Program-made: the position numbers and the translations under genes
Assembly (NCBI GenBank): GCA_002633005.1
Contig: NMRA01000367.1
Coordinates: 212,762-276,761, forward strand
Direction: 5' to 3'
Source: Phoronis australis
Lineage: Eukaryota; Animalia; Phoronida
Length of the DNA stretch: 64,000 nt
The notes under the pieces: model-generated
What the model saw: only the letters and a program-made list of their open reading frames with translations
Databases searched by the model: none
What the model was told of the DNA's origin: nothing
Shown here: piece after piece, positions 12,289 through 25,877 of the stretch
Layout: each line of letters begins with the position of its first letter
Numbering within the stretch: position 1 is the stretch's first letter

Positions 12289-13020
12289 ATATAATATCTG
12301 GTCTAGTTTCCCCGGGAGGGGGGAGTCAATGATGTGGATAGTGGGGACGCCGCTGAGATGGATGTCACTTTTTAACTTTTGTGAGTGTGAATAGCGAATC
12401 CTTTTTCTTAATATGCTTTTTGTAAAAATCTGCTGTGTGGCTTGGGTTGGGTTCAATAACTGTCTCACGGCGACTAAAAAAATCACGTGCTTCTAGCGAG
12501 ACGCTGGCGTTATTTAAACTCATTCATCAATGAACTTGAAGGTTTTTAGTCTAAGTTACACATTCACTCAAGAAGGGAAATTTTTTCTTCAAGTTGCTGT
12601 GTATGTTTGAAATCAGGCGTGCGTTCCGTAGACGTAATAATTTCGCAAAACAATAAAATAAAGTGCGAGATTTCGCCATAAGCGAAGCAGGTGATCTCCC
12701 TTCCCGTTTCGCGAGATCCTTGTAAGGGATTTCAATCTTAGTTTCGTTTACCGTCATCAGAGGTCGTGACCGGACGGCACGTTCTTTTAAAAAAAAGCGG
12801 ACGGAGCTTGTGATATGCGAGTGATCGACAGACCAGTGAACTGATTTTTGTATTTTTATTACCAGTTAGTAGCTTATATGTTGTGTAGACATCTAAAAAA
12901 GAATTGGTGTTTGATTTAGCTGTGGACAAGTTAGAAATGGAACACAAAGTTTCACGTGTCTGTTTACTAGGGGCATATATACTGATATAGCCAGGTATAG
13001 GCGGCTTGCTTGAATGTGCA

Positions 13021-13436
13021 TACTGTTGAAAAAACGTTAGGCCTTTAGTTATGAGTGCATAACAACGTAAAAGTAATTAATAGCAATTTCCCCAGTAACT
13101 AGCAGTTATGTGCATTTTCTCAGACACTTTACACATTTGCTGAAATGAGATTTAATTATTTTTATGAAACAGTTGTNGAGAACTCCAAATTGGAACGCTA
13201 AGTCCCGCGTGGTTGCGCTGCACGCGAAACAAGATGGCGGACGAACTTTGGAGCCTGACGAAAATAGGTAACCGGACGATACTGTTGAAAAAACGTTAGG
13301 CCTTTAGTTATGAGTGCATAACAACGTAAAAGTAATTAATAGCAATTTCCCCAGTAACTAGCAGTTATGTGCATTTTCTCAGACACTTTACACATTTGCT
13401 GAAATGAGATTTAATTATTTTTATGAAACAGTTGTG
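13021..13436. repeat. ~157-bp direct duplication across a single N (probable assembly overlap)
   Basis: 13021-13177 appears identical to 13280-13436; N at 13178. Confidence 0.8.
13234..13267 (+). CDS. Candidate first coding exon (MADELWSLTKI, phase-1 donor) of an unidentified gene
   Basis: CpG-rich leader, caagATGgcgg (Kozak context and YY1-type motif), then AG|GTAACC donor. Confidence 0.5.
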
Positions 13437-13530
13437 TGAAGTGTAAGACCAAGTCTGCTGACTTCACCTTGTGAAACACACTCCAGGAGTCGTCATCTTC
13501 CTGAGTCCGCCACTTTCAGCAATTACTGTA

Positions 13531-13746
13531 CAGTTAACCCTTACCAATTTTGGACTAATGTAATTGCCAAAATTGCATTTTTCCAAGGTCTTTTAATATT
13601 GTTAGTTCAATGTCCACAACTTTTCAAAATAATTTTGGTTGGTGAATATAGCACTACGTAACTCAGATATGGTAATTGTTTTTAAAAAAATGAGAAAACA
13701 ATGTGACTGGTCCCCCATATTGCGTCCTAAATTGGTGAGACTACTG
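13531..13746. mobile_element. Old pogo/Tc1-type MITE
   Basis: TA|CAGT...ACTG|TA with degenerate ~22-bp TIRs containing accaattt. Confidence 0.55.
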
Positions 13747-15703
13747 TATACTGTGTGTGTGGGAATTATTCAGTTGCAGTCTGTTGTCGAGTTTTAGCAC
13801 TCATTTCCTGGCGGGGTAACATTAAAATCTTGACATCAAAATCCGAAACTTTGCTTCTGTAACCAGACGTCCATATCTGCCTCCTTTCGACTATTCTTAA
13901 CAACAAGTTATGGTAGGTGGCACAGAAGACAAAATAACATGATGTTGTACTTTTACAACCACCTTGTTCTGGTGTCAAACAGTTAACTTTCTTCATTGTC
14001 GTGTTTGCTATGTTCAGTCAGGTGTTCTTATCTTTTGTTTAAATTGAAATGAGTTACCTCTGAGAAACGTGTTCCATGCAAAACCAGGACTATTTTTAAT
14101 TAAATATGTGTCTTAGTGAAGCCTCAGTTTGTGATGCAAACCCTGGGCTGCCTTCAGTCAGTACAGATGGTATTTATTCCAGGACTTGTCAGAGCTGGCC
14201 TCCTATTGGCTGTATATTGAGCTTCTGCTGAGTTAGACCAGTGTAGCACAGTGCAGTTGAACAGATCTACTGGAGGGCTGCAAGATTGCAACTGGATTAT
14301 ATCAACCTATTACAACTGAATGCAGTGAATGATCACTAGTGGCCAGGTAAGTGTAGAGTCTATTGGCGTGTAGTAAGGTCACTTTTAGTGGCCACTACTA
14401 TCCTACAACATTTCATATCCACATATGTTTTTGCACTGACCAGTCCATGTACCCATTGCACATACTTCAGGGGCATCATTCCAATGTCGTACTTGAAATT
14501 TAGGTGGGCTGATCACATGTTTGCCAAATAAAAGTACTGAGAGATATTACGTGTACAAACCAACCAACTTGGAATAAAATCTTCCACAAGTTGGAGAGAA
14601 ATTCGGCGCAGAGTAGCAGCCAGGACTTTTCGTAGATAAGCAGATGGGTGTGTATTTGGAAAATGAAAATTTTCAGGTGCCTTAGTAACACCAAATAAAT
14701 GCCCGGCTGTTTATTTGGAAAAGGCGAGCGTGTAAACGAAAAGCCATAGTTTTGCTAACTGAATTTTTTACTTAAAACTGTGTTTTTAAATTTGATGTTA
14801 ATAAGTCAGCTTTAAGTGCTCCACAAAACTGAATTTATGACAAAAAGTTGACGCTGAGTGGGCTTTTAAGAGGAAAATTTCCAAATAAACGTCCCACTGT
14901 CTGGAGACTTGACAACACAAGTTGTAACACCAAATAAACACCATTCTCAACAGTTGCACACCTTAATACTGCTCATACATTCAACTGTCACTGCCATCTA
15001 CAGTCAGGCTTACATGGCTAGATCCAATAAATACATGGGAAGAGGTCAGTGAGGCACAGGTTTTGTTGAGGGTTTTGGGATTTGTGTGTGGTCTTTCCTA
15101 ATTTACTATTTCGACAATAGCATTGTTTTTTTTAGAAAGGACTTCTCTCCTTTCCACATTGTATTTATATATGTCCCTTTAAAGTTGTTGTGCTTTATCA
15201 TAATTTCCTGTAACCTCCAATGTTATCCATGTGGAGCCAGGATTTATCCCCCTTGGCTGGTGCTCCACTGTTATCCATGTGGAGACCGGAGTTACCCCTC
15301 TTGGCTGGTATCCTCTGATTGACCACTAGACTCCATTCTCTTCAAATTAGTTTGGTATTCCAAACAACCTGTGGTAACAATGTCCAACATTTCATAACAC
15401 TGTATCCCACTGCAGTGTTTTGATAAGTGTCTAATGGTTACTCCCTGTTTATTTAACACCCCTCACACTGTGTCTACCAGGCCAATGTAACTAATGGTGC
15501 TGTTTACACATATTTTGCCATCAAAATGTCATGGAGTGATTTATGCCTTGTTGCCATGTAACAGCAACTCTCCAGTCAGTGAAATTGTTCCTTTGTTTGG
15601 GTGAGAAACGGCATATTTTGGTAACTTCAGCGATTTGTAAGTTATAGTAAAAGGTAACTCCTGGTTGGATTTTTGATTGAAGTGGAAATGTTTTTAATTG
15701 AAC

Positions 15704-15781
15704 TGAATAATGATCAGAATGATTTGATAAGCGGCGCTTATCAAACCATTCTGATCATTATTCAAGGACACGGTGTCCTTG
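15704..15781. repeat. Two abutting palindromes
   Basis: 30-bp arms with 1 mismatch (15704-15764), followed by caaggacac-g-gtgtccttg. Confidence 0.9.
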
Positions 15782-16479
15782 TTGCAGGTTTTTGTTAAAA
15801 ATTATTTAGCATGCAACTCTTACAATAATTATGAAATCTAAGCCCAATGAGCCTATTCCTGCAGTATGTCTTGTACATGTTGTGTGCACGGGGGTCAAAG
15901 TTGATTTGAAGTTCAACATGTTAAAGCCTTATCTCTGTTGTACCCATCTAACACAAGTGTTACCATGACAATAGTTTGAATGACATGCTGGTTATCCAAG
16001 ATTACCATTATTTCTGCAGGCTTACTCTAACATGACGCCAGTTTTTTGAAGAACCATTGAACATTACAGTCAGAGCAAGAAGATGATGTGCAAGTTGCAC
16101 ACTAATTCCTTATTCCTGTGATTACTTGGTCATATTAGTTATACAACTTATAGTGATGATATGAATATAAAGAAGGTTGAAAATTACCATATGGTGTTAG
16201 GGAATAAGGTGCATGATGCGGGCTATGTGAGCCCCCAAGGTGTGTCATTAGTGCGGAGGTCGCCTATTTGCAGAATTTTTGTTTTCACATTTACAAGTTT
16301 TCAATACATACAACTGCACTTTGTTTAGTGTAGATGATGTTCAAGTAGCACTGACATTTAGTTCCTGCTGTACATTAGCATAGTTAGGAGCATGCAAATA
16401 TATCTTTAAGCCGCTGTAATGATTGCAAACCATCGCCAGGGCCCTGTTGTCTAGCATGTTGTCCTGCTAGGGTAATTGT

Positions 16480-16835
16480 CACTCACTGTGTACTGAGTCT
16501 GTAGCTCTGTTGGGGTAGTTGCCACTCAGGGCCCTGTGTACTGGGTATGTAGCTCTGTTGGGGTAGCTGTCACTCAGTTCCCTGTATACTGAGTCTGTAT
16601 CTCTGTTGGGGTAGTTGCCAATCAGTGCCCTGTGTACTGAGTCTGTAGCTCTGTTGGGGTAGTTGCCACTCAGAGCCCTGTGTACTGGGTCTGTAGCTCT
16701 GTTGGGGTATAGCTGTCACTCAGAGCCCTGTGTACTGAGTCTGTAGTTCTGTTGGGGTAGCTGTCACTCAGTGCCCTGTGTACTGAGTCTGTAGCTCTGT
16801 TGGGGTATAGCTGTCACTCAGCCCTGTATACTGAG
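16480..16835. repeat. ~48-bp minisatellite, ~7 copies
   Basis: Unit approximately ctgtgtactgagtctgtagctctgttggggtagttgccactcagggcc. Confidence 0.9.
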
Positions 16836-18899
16836 CCAGCACCATTGTTGATGGACTTGTTGGGATTCACCAGAGGGTAGATTAGGATCAGCAACAGTGA
16901 TAAGTTGCAGACTTCTCAGTGCATACCACATGGGAGACTGGATGAATAAAGACTAGTGGAGTGTTAGCCTGAAATGTTATTAGCTGATAATCTACTTTAT
17001 GGATGGACATTAGCTACTGCCCTATTATGATTGATCCCTTTGGCCAGTGGCTTAAATTACCTCTCTGTTAGTTATTGAATTAGGAGAGGATTCACTCCTG
17101 TGGAACCTTGTATTGTTAGTAGTGCCATCCTGCTGTAGTCAGTGCTTTAGGTGTGCTTGTCTCAGGTGGGCTAAAGTGACATGCACATCAAGTGCACCAC
17201 TTCACATGAACAGGCACTGATACAATGTAACAATATAGTAAAATATTACAGTTTTTACATTTTAGGGCTTTGTTACTTTGTGTTGCTTGGCCTATCCTAA
17301 AATGTAACAAGTTGTAATTGTTACAATTTACATGAATGCATGAACTCTTCCTCTCAGAGTACAAACAGAGGCCTTATAGGTCACATTTATCCTTGGAGGA
17401 CAGACTAGTCTGTGCTCTACGTTCCAAACTGATGTGTTTTCCACAATTTCTTGACGGGTCAAGAAATTGTCGGCGGAAAACACACAGAGCACGATGTGCT
17501 ACATTGAAAATATTGGAGTCCCTTTTGATTGTATTTGAGAAGCCTGTTTTGAATTAGCAGCAAACATGATCGCAGACACCTTACACTTGTTTGCATGACT
17601 TTCCTGTTACCCCCTTCATTTGTCATATTCTTTGCCCTGTCCCACTGTGTATGTGTCCAGCTCATGCTCTGCGGAGGTATTACTGTGTCATTTTATTTCC
17701 ACTTGAGAATGAAACAATTATGTTTTGAAATATCCTGTGTCTTTTAATCATGTCTCTTGGTCAGTTTCTTCACCAATGTTCTGTTGAGTGTAGAACTTTG
17801 TTCCAAGGATACGAATGGAACGGAATAAAGACTGTTAACGACAAGTGTCATGTATTTAATAAATTTTGTTTATCGGAAAACAGAACTGAGCGAAAATGCG
17901 AATTTTTACTCAAAATTACTCTCTAAATGGGTCACTTTTTGTCTGAGCCCACTCTCTAAGTGGGTAGGTATCCAACTTTTTGGGCAGCACCACTCGTCCA
18001 AAAATACTCAGGTACCCCCGGTTGTGTCAGATACCACTTGTTTGTGATTTTGATCATTTACTTTGTGATATGACTTGGTAAAACTTAACAACATTTCTTG
18101 CATGTGCATTATATGTAAAGTGTAACAGTTACATTGTCAAAGCACACCTCTTGTTTGAGCACAATCCATTACAGCCCTCATGTGTTGTGACTGCACACCT
18201 CTTGTTTGAGCACAATCCATTACAGTCTTCATGTGTCGTGACTGCAGGTATGGCCATAGTGTGCAACTCTTTCATTGTACATTTTGCTGTACAGAGAAAT
18301 CCTACATTTAAATGGGTTGGCAAACTTCATTTTACCAAAAGACATAGCTTCATAAAGCAGCTATCGCTACATCCTGGCTATCTGACAGTGTTGGTGAGAG
18401 AACCATGTTGGTGTTTACAGCCAGATGCTCTAATAGTAGTGGGGGCAGTGAAGATGTCCAACTAACCAAGATTATGGTGTAGTCTTCAATATCAGTCCTG
18501 TCTGTAATGTCATTTTGTCCACCAGCAGTTTTTCTAGTATTCGAGGAAAACATTGGCGACCTTACATATATCTGAGATTGCTGTAGCTACTCATTCTTGT
18601 TTTGCGTTTGTATAAACACAATTTCCCACCAATTCTGTCTTTCATTACTGAGAAATCAATTTAGAGATCAAGCATTGGTATTGAACACTACTCCATGTTC
18701 CCATGTGATCCCAGTTGTCTTTGAACTGCCACCTTCAATTAAGTTAATCAAAACTAGTGTCATAGCCTGTTTACATGTAGCTGTTACCTTAGTAACGTTG
18801 TCAAGGGTTGTTTAGAATATAAACTAATTCTTGTCTTGAAACTAAATCACATGTGAACAGTAAGACATGTTGCACATGTCTGAAGTTAGTTTTAACAAA

Positions 18900-19548
18900 G
18901 TGACTGTAACTCAACAGATACTGGTAGTTCAAGGTGACTTAACTCCATAGGCGGATTTAGGGGGGGCCCTGTTCCCCCCCTCCTTGGCTGCCGCAAGCAA
19001 AATGAACCAGCAAAACAGAGCGAAGCATGAGGAAATACTGACTTCAGGAGCTAGGACCAGTAGCGGGTGAGGGGGGAAAACACGTTCCCTTTTTTTTTAG
19101 TCCCGAACGATAGATTTCCCAAACAGAAGGTATACATCCTCGGCCCCCGCACCTTCCAGGCCGCCTGCGTGCACGTATAAACGCGCTTTGCCCAATTCCG
19201 TAAGGATGTCGGGGTCCTCCCTCATGGTATCCTAGATCTGCCACTGAACTCGACAGATACTGGTAGTTCAAACTAACTGTAACTCAACAGGTATTGGTAG
19301 TTCAAATTGACTATAACTCAACAGATACTGGTAGTTCAAAGTGACTGTAACTCAACAGATATACTGGTACGGTAGTTCAAAGTGACTGTAACTCAACAGA
19401 TACTGGTAGTTCAAAGTGACTAACTCAACTGATACTGGTAGTTCAAAGTGACTGTAACTCAACAGGTACTGGTAGTTCAAATTGACTGTAACTCAACAGA
19501 TACTGGTAGTTCAAAGTGACTGTAACTCAACAGATACTGGTAGTTCTA
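18900..19548. repeat. 34-bp minisatellite interrupted by a MITE
   Basis: Unit gtgactgtaactcaacagatactggtagttcaaa. Confidence 0.9.
18946..19246. mobile_element. Family B element, short copy, 5-bp TSD
   Basis: cataggcggatttagg...cctagatctgccactg, TSD aactc. Confidence 0.88.
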
Positions 19549-19812
19549 AGTATCTTGCAATAGTTTTATCTTAGTTGTCAAGCTGGTAAAGACATGTACA
19601 GGGTATATGGGTCAGGTTCAGTCATCCATCAGTTAACATACAACTGCTAAAATAGATTCATTTAGCACCACTACCTTTCAAGCATTCTGCTGCCTACTTG
19701 ATTTAGTTCAAAAGATTACGATTTGTTTTGAATTAACCGTGTGGAATATTATATATTGTTGATTGCTCGTGTAGAAAAATGTTGCAATACTTTCATTTGA
19801 TTACTTCTAGAA

Positions 19813-20091
19813 CATGTGCGCATCCAGGGTAGGCTCGGGGCTTGAACAAGCTCCCCTGCAATGTGGCGACTTTGGCAAAAAGATCTGCTTCAATGAAACA
19901 AAAAGTCCAAGCAAACGAGACAAAAGTCTACAAAGTCCACAGGAATTCGCCGTGGAAGCATAATTTGTAGGCCTGAACCTAGTGGACCCGTTTCATTTCA
20001 TTTTTTTAGTCCTCGATGATTTTTTCAGTCAAAGGTCCTGATGTACTGAAAAATTCGAGCCCCCCTATATTTTAGGCTGGATGTGTGCATG
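19813..20091. mobile_element. MITE family A, diverged copy in opposite orientation
   Basis: catgtgcgcatccag...ctggatgtgtgcatg, TSD tagaa/tggaa. Interior resembles the reverse complement of 8813-9057. Confidence 0.75.
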
Positions 20092-20139
20092 TGGAATATG
20101 ATATTACTGTGTGGTCAGGTGTGAGTAGTTCTGCTGATG

Positions 20140-20395
20140 CTGGTTCAGATGGTGATACAGATGGTGGTACAGATGGTGGTATAGATGGTGGTAGATACAG
20201 ATAGTGGTTCAGATAGTAGAACAGATGGTGGTAGATACAGATAGTGGTTCAGATGGTAGTACAGATGGTGGTAGATACAGATAGTGGTTCAGATGGTGGT
20301 ACAGCTGCTGGTTCAAATTGTGGTACAGATGGTGGTACAGATGGTGGTACAGATGGTGGTACAGCTGCTGGTTCAGATGGTATGATGCTGGTACA
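20140..20395. repeat. Degenerate 12-bp minisatellite
   Basis: gatggtggtaca units. Confidence 0.85.
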
Positions 20396-20600
20396 GTGCG
20401 GAGATGGGACAGTTGTTAATGACACCAATTATCAACTCTTGAGCCGACATTGAAGACAATATTATCTAGTACTAGACTAAACATCAATTGATCTCTTTAA
20501 AACTCTGCCAGCTGTTCCCTCTTCACAAACCCAGAACAACACTTAAGGACAGCCATAAAATGTCCACCTCCTGCTAAAGGCTTTTATATAATGTTTGTAA

Positions 20601-20981
20601 AGTGCCATTTACACTAACAAAGTTGACACGGATCAGCTGACACAGAACTGGAACGGATTTGTTCCAGTGTGTAAATGGACTGACACGGAGCAAATTGACA
20701 CCCGTTTGTGAGGTAGAGCAATTTGCGCCCGAACATCTTGCGCCGTGTCAATTATAAGTCGAAATGCAAAACTGGATCATCTCTACTACGCTTATGCAAT
20801 GACTTTTATAGGATTCTTTGTCTGCAAGTCTCGTCATTTGTAAACCTGCACATGTGCGATCCAGTCTCTCTAGCCTGTAATTTCCGTCTTGCCACGGTTA
20901 GTTTGTAAACGGCCGCTTGGCACAGGTCAATTTGCTTCGTGTCAGTTGCGCCTGGCCAAAAGTTGATGTTTAAACGGGACT
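20601..20981. mobile_element. PIF/Harbinger-like MITE
   Basis: TAA|agtgccatttacac...gtttaaacgggact|TAA, with internal inverted tgacacg-agcaaattgac motifs. Confidence 0.65.
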
Positions 20982-21552
20982 TAACATTACTGTAACCCAT
21001 TACACTGCTCAATGTTCTTCAAGACTTTCTGATTCCTCTACTATGTACTTTTAACAATGTCTGAGTTCAATCACAATGTATTTTAAATGTGTTCATGATC
21101 CTTTCAAAGATTAACTCTGTAGATTCCTCAGTTTCAGTAAAAGGTAAACCTGGAAAATAGGAGTTAGAATTCAAACTGAAAAGGGATTTTTGCCTGAATG
21201 TTTGGAAACTTTTGAACATCTTCAAGATGGGGCAATGTGTAGAACCTGTAAAGCAAAATATACAGTTGTTTATACAATATATTTGTTTATTGTTTGTAAT
21301 TTTTAACAAACTCATTTTTGTTTTGGATAATTCTTGATGAAGAGTTGTTGGAAAAATTATAGTGCATAATGTAGTTTTTTGAAATATGGATTTTTGTCAC
21401 TTATAAAGTTCAGTACTCTGAGCTGTGTGTGTGTGGGGGGTCATTCATTATTGTTTATACTGTAGAAATCTACAGGCTATGTTCCAGATATTGGTGGTAT
21501 TGGTTAGCACAATGAAATAAGTTGATTGATGTTTTATCCAATCTGACCACCA

Positions 21553-22150
21553 ATATCAAGTTTATTTACTCAAAGTATATCCAATAGTTATATCAAGTTT
21601 ATGTGCACAGGATATATTATTACAGTCGTATCGAATTTATGTGCTCACGATATATCCAAATGAGTTATATCAAATTTATGTGCTCAAGATATATCCAATA
21701 GTTATATCAAGTTCATGTACTCAGGATATATTCAATAGTTGCTGTATCAAGTTTATTTACTAAGTATATATATATAAAATAGTTATATCAAGTTTATTTG
21801 CTCTGGATTTAACCAGTAGTTATATCAAGTTCATTTAGTCTGAATACATCCAATAGTTATATCTAGTTTATGTGCTCAGGATATATCCAGTAGTTATATC
21901 AAGTTAATGGGCTCGGGCTATATCTAATAGCAGGAAGAGCTAATAGTTATATCAAGTTCATGTTGAGTGAATATGTCCAGTAGTTATATCAAGGTTGGTT
22001 GCTTGCTATAAATCCAGTAGTTAATGTCACGTTTTTATACTCAGGATATATCCAATAGTTATATCAAGTTTATGGAAAATCTTAATGTAGCCAATAGTTA
22101 TATCAAGTTTATGTATTTTGAAGACATCCAATAGTTATACCAAGTTTTGA
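21553..22150. repeat. Degenerate ~37-bp minisatellite
   Basis: Recurring atccaatagttatatcaagtttatg core. Confidence 0.85.
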
Positions 22151-22378
22151 AACTACTCTCAGTATACTCAAGGTACCTTGATACTCAAGAGCCAATTTCA
22201 AGTTAATCCAGCCTAAATATATTAGGCAGACGAGGTATCAATGATGTCAAATTTTGTTTGATATGAAAGTTTAAGAGATTACGGCAGAAATGTAGGTATT
22301 TTCCTTAATTATCATTTCATTTTTAGAAAAATTAGAAAATCTTACTTGATGATATACCTTCGTGCTAAAGTGTATTGA

Positions 22379-22960
22379 GGCTCTTTCCCAATAAAGTTAA
22401 CTTTGCTACAAAGCTTTGATGTTAACTGTGGTTAACTGAAGTTAAGTGTTAGTGTTCCCATCAGCTTCAGTTAGTCGGAACATTAGTTAAGCAAAGTTAT
22501 CGCAAGGTAACGCTAATATGACCTTTGACCTGCCTTGTGTTTTTGTCCTTGTCAAAAATAGAAACTATGTCTCTCCGTAAGTAGAAACTAGAGTGTAAAC
22601 TTCAAAAGGCAGCCAACGGTTGCCATGGTTGCCACGTTGGGACGATGGTGATGCACTAGAAAGTAACATTCAAAACTCGACTCTTGACAGCTGATCCAAA
22701 CAAAGGGGTTGCGGCGGGAACTCATTTTGAGTAAACTAAAAGTTCAAGTTTAGTGAATTTTTATAGTAAAGAATCCAACAAATACATGGATAAGTTGAAA
22801 CAATGTTTACACTGGCAAAAATTACAAAATATTAAAAAATATCAACCAGCCATTATCCGCTGTTGGCATATGCTGGCAGCGACCCCTGTTGGTAACTCTG
22901 GTGGCATCGGAAGTTAAGTGTTAGTGAAGCGTTGATAACACCAAGCGAGTTGGAAAAGCC
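22379..22960. mobile_element. Harbinger-like non-autonomous element (relative at 56211)
   Basis: Degenerate TIR ggctctttcccaa/ttggaaaagcc. The gttaac-rich left end is shared with 56211-56470. Confidence 0.5.
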
Positions 22961-23385
22961 ATTTAGGTATGCTGTGTTTCTTAGATGCATTAATAAATAA
23001 AACAACTGTGAACGTATTGTATTGACAGTTTGAAAGTCACCACAAATATTTTGTAGTGAATTACAAGTAAATTCTTGATTGTCTGACATCTTCTGACTTG
23101 GATGAAACATGCAAAAGTTTTTTTACCAGGTCAAACAGTCTCAAGTCCCATTATGGAGCTTCAGGGCCCGGTCTCTAATCTTTGTACTCGAAACGAACTC
23201 GAAACTATTTTTGGCAATTTCTCTGCTCCTTTTGTGCGAACTTAAGATAATTGGTTATCAGACTGTGCTCGAATACATAATAGTTTATGCATAGGAGTTT
23301 CTAGTTCAAGTTTGCCCTTGAAGACCCTTATATTCNNNNNNNNNNNNNNNNNNNNNNNNNNNNNNNNNNNNNNNNNNNNNNNNNN

Positions 23386-23687
23386 AAGTATTATCTCAGA
23401 TTCACAAATTCCTATTTCAAGTATTATCTCAGATTCACAAATTCCTATTTCAAGTATTATCTCAGATTCACAAATTCCTATTTCAAATATTATCTCAGAT
23501 TCACAAATTCCTATTTCAAGTATCTCAGATTCACAAATTCCTATTTCAAGTATTATCTCAGATTCACAAATTCCTATTTCTAGTATTATCTCAGATTCGC
23601 AAATTCCTATTTCAAGTATTATCTCAGATTCACAAATTCCTATTTCAAGTATTATCTCAGATTCACAAATTCCTATTTCAAGTATTA
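23386..23687. repeat. 33-bp minisatellite adjacent to a gap
   Basis: Unit aagtattatctcagattcacaaattcctatttc, ~9 copies. Confidence 0.95.
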
Positions 23688-24037
23688 ACAAAGACCAGGT
23701 CCTCCTCTATCTTGTTTGTTCAATTAAACCTGTCAAAACTAATTAGACTCATGGAGTTCATGGCCTACAAGTATGTTGAGATACATTATTGGTGAAGATC
23801 TGTTTCCATGGAAATACTTGGTTGATGTTAATATGGATGGGTGTAGGTACTGCTGGTGGTGCTAGGTAACTTAATGGAGCTAAATCACACCTAGAGTGTC
23901 TTCTAATGTACATACTTGGGTAAATTTTTACTATTTTTCAAACATTAGTGTATTTGTTCTATTGTGACTTGTTACACACAAGTATGCTAATATCATGTGC
24001 AATGTCAAAGTGATCATAGACAACTTATTAGAACTTG

Positions 24038-24120
24038 CTGTCTGCCTTTCTCCCTGTTTGTCTTTTTGCCTGTCTGCCTGTCTGCGTGTTTGCCTGTCTG
24101 CCTGTTTGCCTGTCTGTCTG
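24038..24120. repeat. (CTGY)n-like microsatellite
   Basis: gcctgtctgcctgtttg runs. Confidence 0.75.
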
Positions 24121-25088
24121 AAAGCCTCAACTATTGACTTAGTTGTGTAATCACTATGTAAGTTTCTCAAGTGGAAGCAAAACTTGTTTCTTCCGTTATT
24201 TTATGCCAGATTTATCAACGGAAGTTCCACTGAGGTGGGACAGATTAACACTGACATTGCTTTAGTTTTGACCACCTGTGTTCAATTGAGAATAGAGTCA
24301 AACAGAAGCAGTCTTGCATCCTTTAAATCATTGGTTCAAATTAAAATAGCACTGTATTGACCTATGGCAACATGGCCGCCTATGAGAAATGAATTACAAC
24401 TTACTGTCCTCAGGGCACAGGAGAGCACAATGTCATTGCAATGTGCTTTCTCCAGCGTTATGTGTTGTATCATTTGCTGGCAGTTGATGGGAAAGTTAGA
24501 CCAAAAGCAATGGAGAATTGAATTAAGTATTAGCTTATGATCAATCGGCATTTTTGGAAATCTAGCGAAGACATGATGAACACGTTCTCCCTAAATGGTG
24601 ATAGAGTAGATGGTGGGCAGTGTTCTCACCCTTGCGTTGGACTTTCCTGTGTTTTCTGTAATTGTTTTATGGTCATCAGGCCATCAAATAACCACTGGCG
24701 TACTGTAGGATATTTAAATAATTTTCATAAATTAGAATGTCCATCTCAAAATTATCATGAATGAATGAAGTTGTCAACTCAGCCTGTGCTGCTCTTGAAA
24801 ATTAAAAAGTGGGTAAAGCAAAAGATGCTTGTATGTTTTCTATTTATTTGTGTTACATTTTTGAACATGTGGTTATATAGTCCTGATACTCTTTGTCTCT
24901 CATCTAATTTGCAATTGTCCTATGGCCAGGATTTTGACTGACGGCTTAACTGACCAATCAGAAAGCAGCATTCTTGACACACCTTTGTCTGCGTTTCCAA
25001 GCCACCATTTTATCCGGCAATCTACACGTTGTCGGATAAAGCTTATGTTAGTCTATAGCTCAAGAATCTGTGCGATAAGAATGGTGAA

Positions 25089-25192
25089 ACAGTGTTGCTA
25101 TGGTGTAATACCAACAGTGTTGCTATGGTGTAATACCAACAGTGTTGCTATGGTGTAATACCGACAGTGTTGCTATGGTGTAATACCGACAG
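25089..25192. repeat. 25-bp tandem repeat, 4 copies
   Basis: acagtgttgctatggtgtaatacca. Confidence 0.9.
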
Positions 25193-25877
25193 CCATTCAA
25201 TGCAGCTGGAGAAGAATATTCCTTCACTTTTTTGGCATTCGCTAAGCAGAAAAGTGATGTGGAAAGGTGTAAACTATAGGTTAAATTGTGTGGAAGGCCA
25301 CACAAGCACCTGAACTTGGCAATGTTGCTTGATTACTGGAAGGTTGAACACATATACTTGTTCCAAGATAGGTACTTTTCAGTTTGGTGACTATAGTGTA
25401 GGCCTATCTAATTTTGACTACAGAGTTTCACTCTTCTGGCCGCCTGGTACCTGCTGGATCCTAACACTAGCCCTAGCTGTAGTCCCTGGCAATTGTTATT
25501 TTTAAGGACATTTTTACCATATAATTTTTCATTTATGTCGTCCGAATGGACACCGTTTTGTTTCGTAGCAAGTGAGGTATTTTTTATTATTCATATACCC
25601 GTAGGCTGGTGTTCAACTGAACTTCTCTCTAAAATTGACAGATTCAATCGGAACAGGAGGGACACTGGATTACTGAACTCAAAGCCTTGTTCGAGCTGTT
25701 GTCACAAAAAAACAGAATAATTACTTTTTGTTGAGAACCTCTAGTTTACACTTCACCTGAGAGAGCTAATTTTGTAGTTGTTCACACATGATACTTGGAT
25801 TTATGAAGCTTTTAAAAAGAATTTGAGTTGTTTTTGTAAATAATCATTTTTTGCTACTACACCAGAATAGTCGTCTT

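Noticed and set aside
13021-13436. LTR-like direct repeats flanking the ATG exon
   Set aside because: The identical copies are split by a single N, which is typical of a contig-overlap artefact, and there are no TG...CA ends.
14183-14346. AG...CAG|GTAAGT exon-like segment downstream of the 13234 exon
   Set aside because: It has stops in all three frames, so it could only be non-coding.
23242-23746. ILEIGICESE repeat ORFs
   Set aside because: 33-bp minisatellite plus an N-gap.
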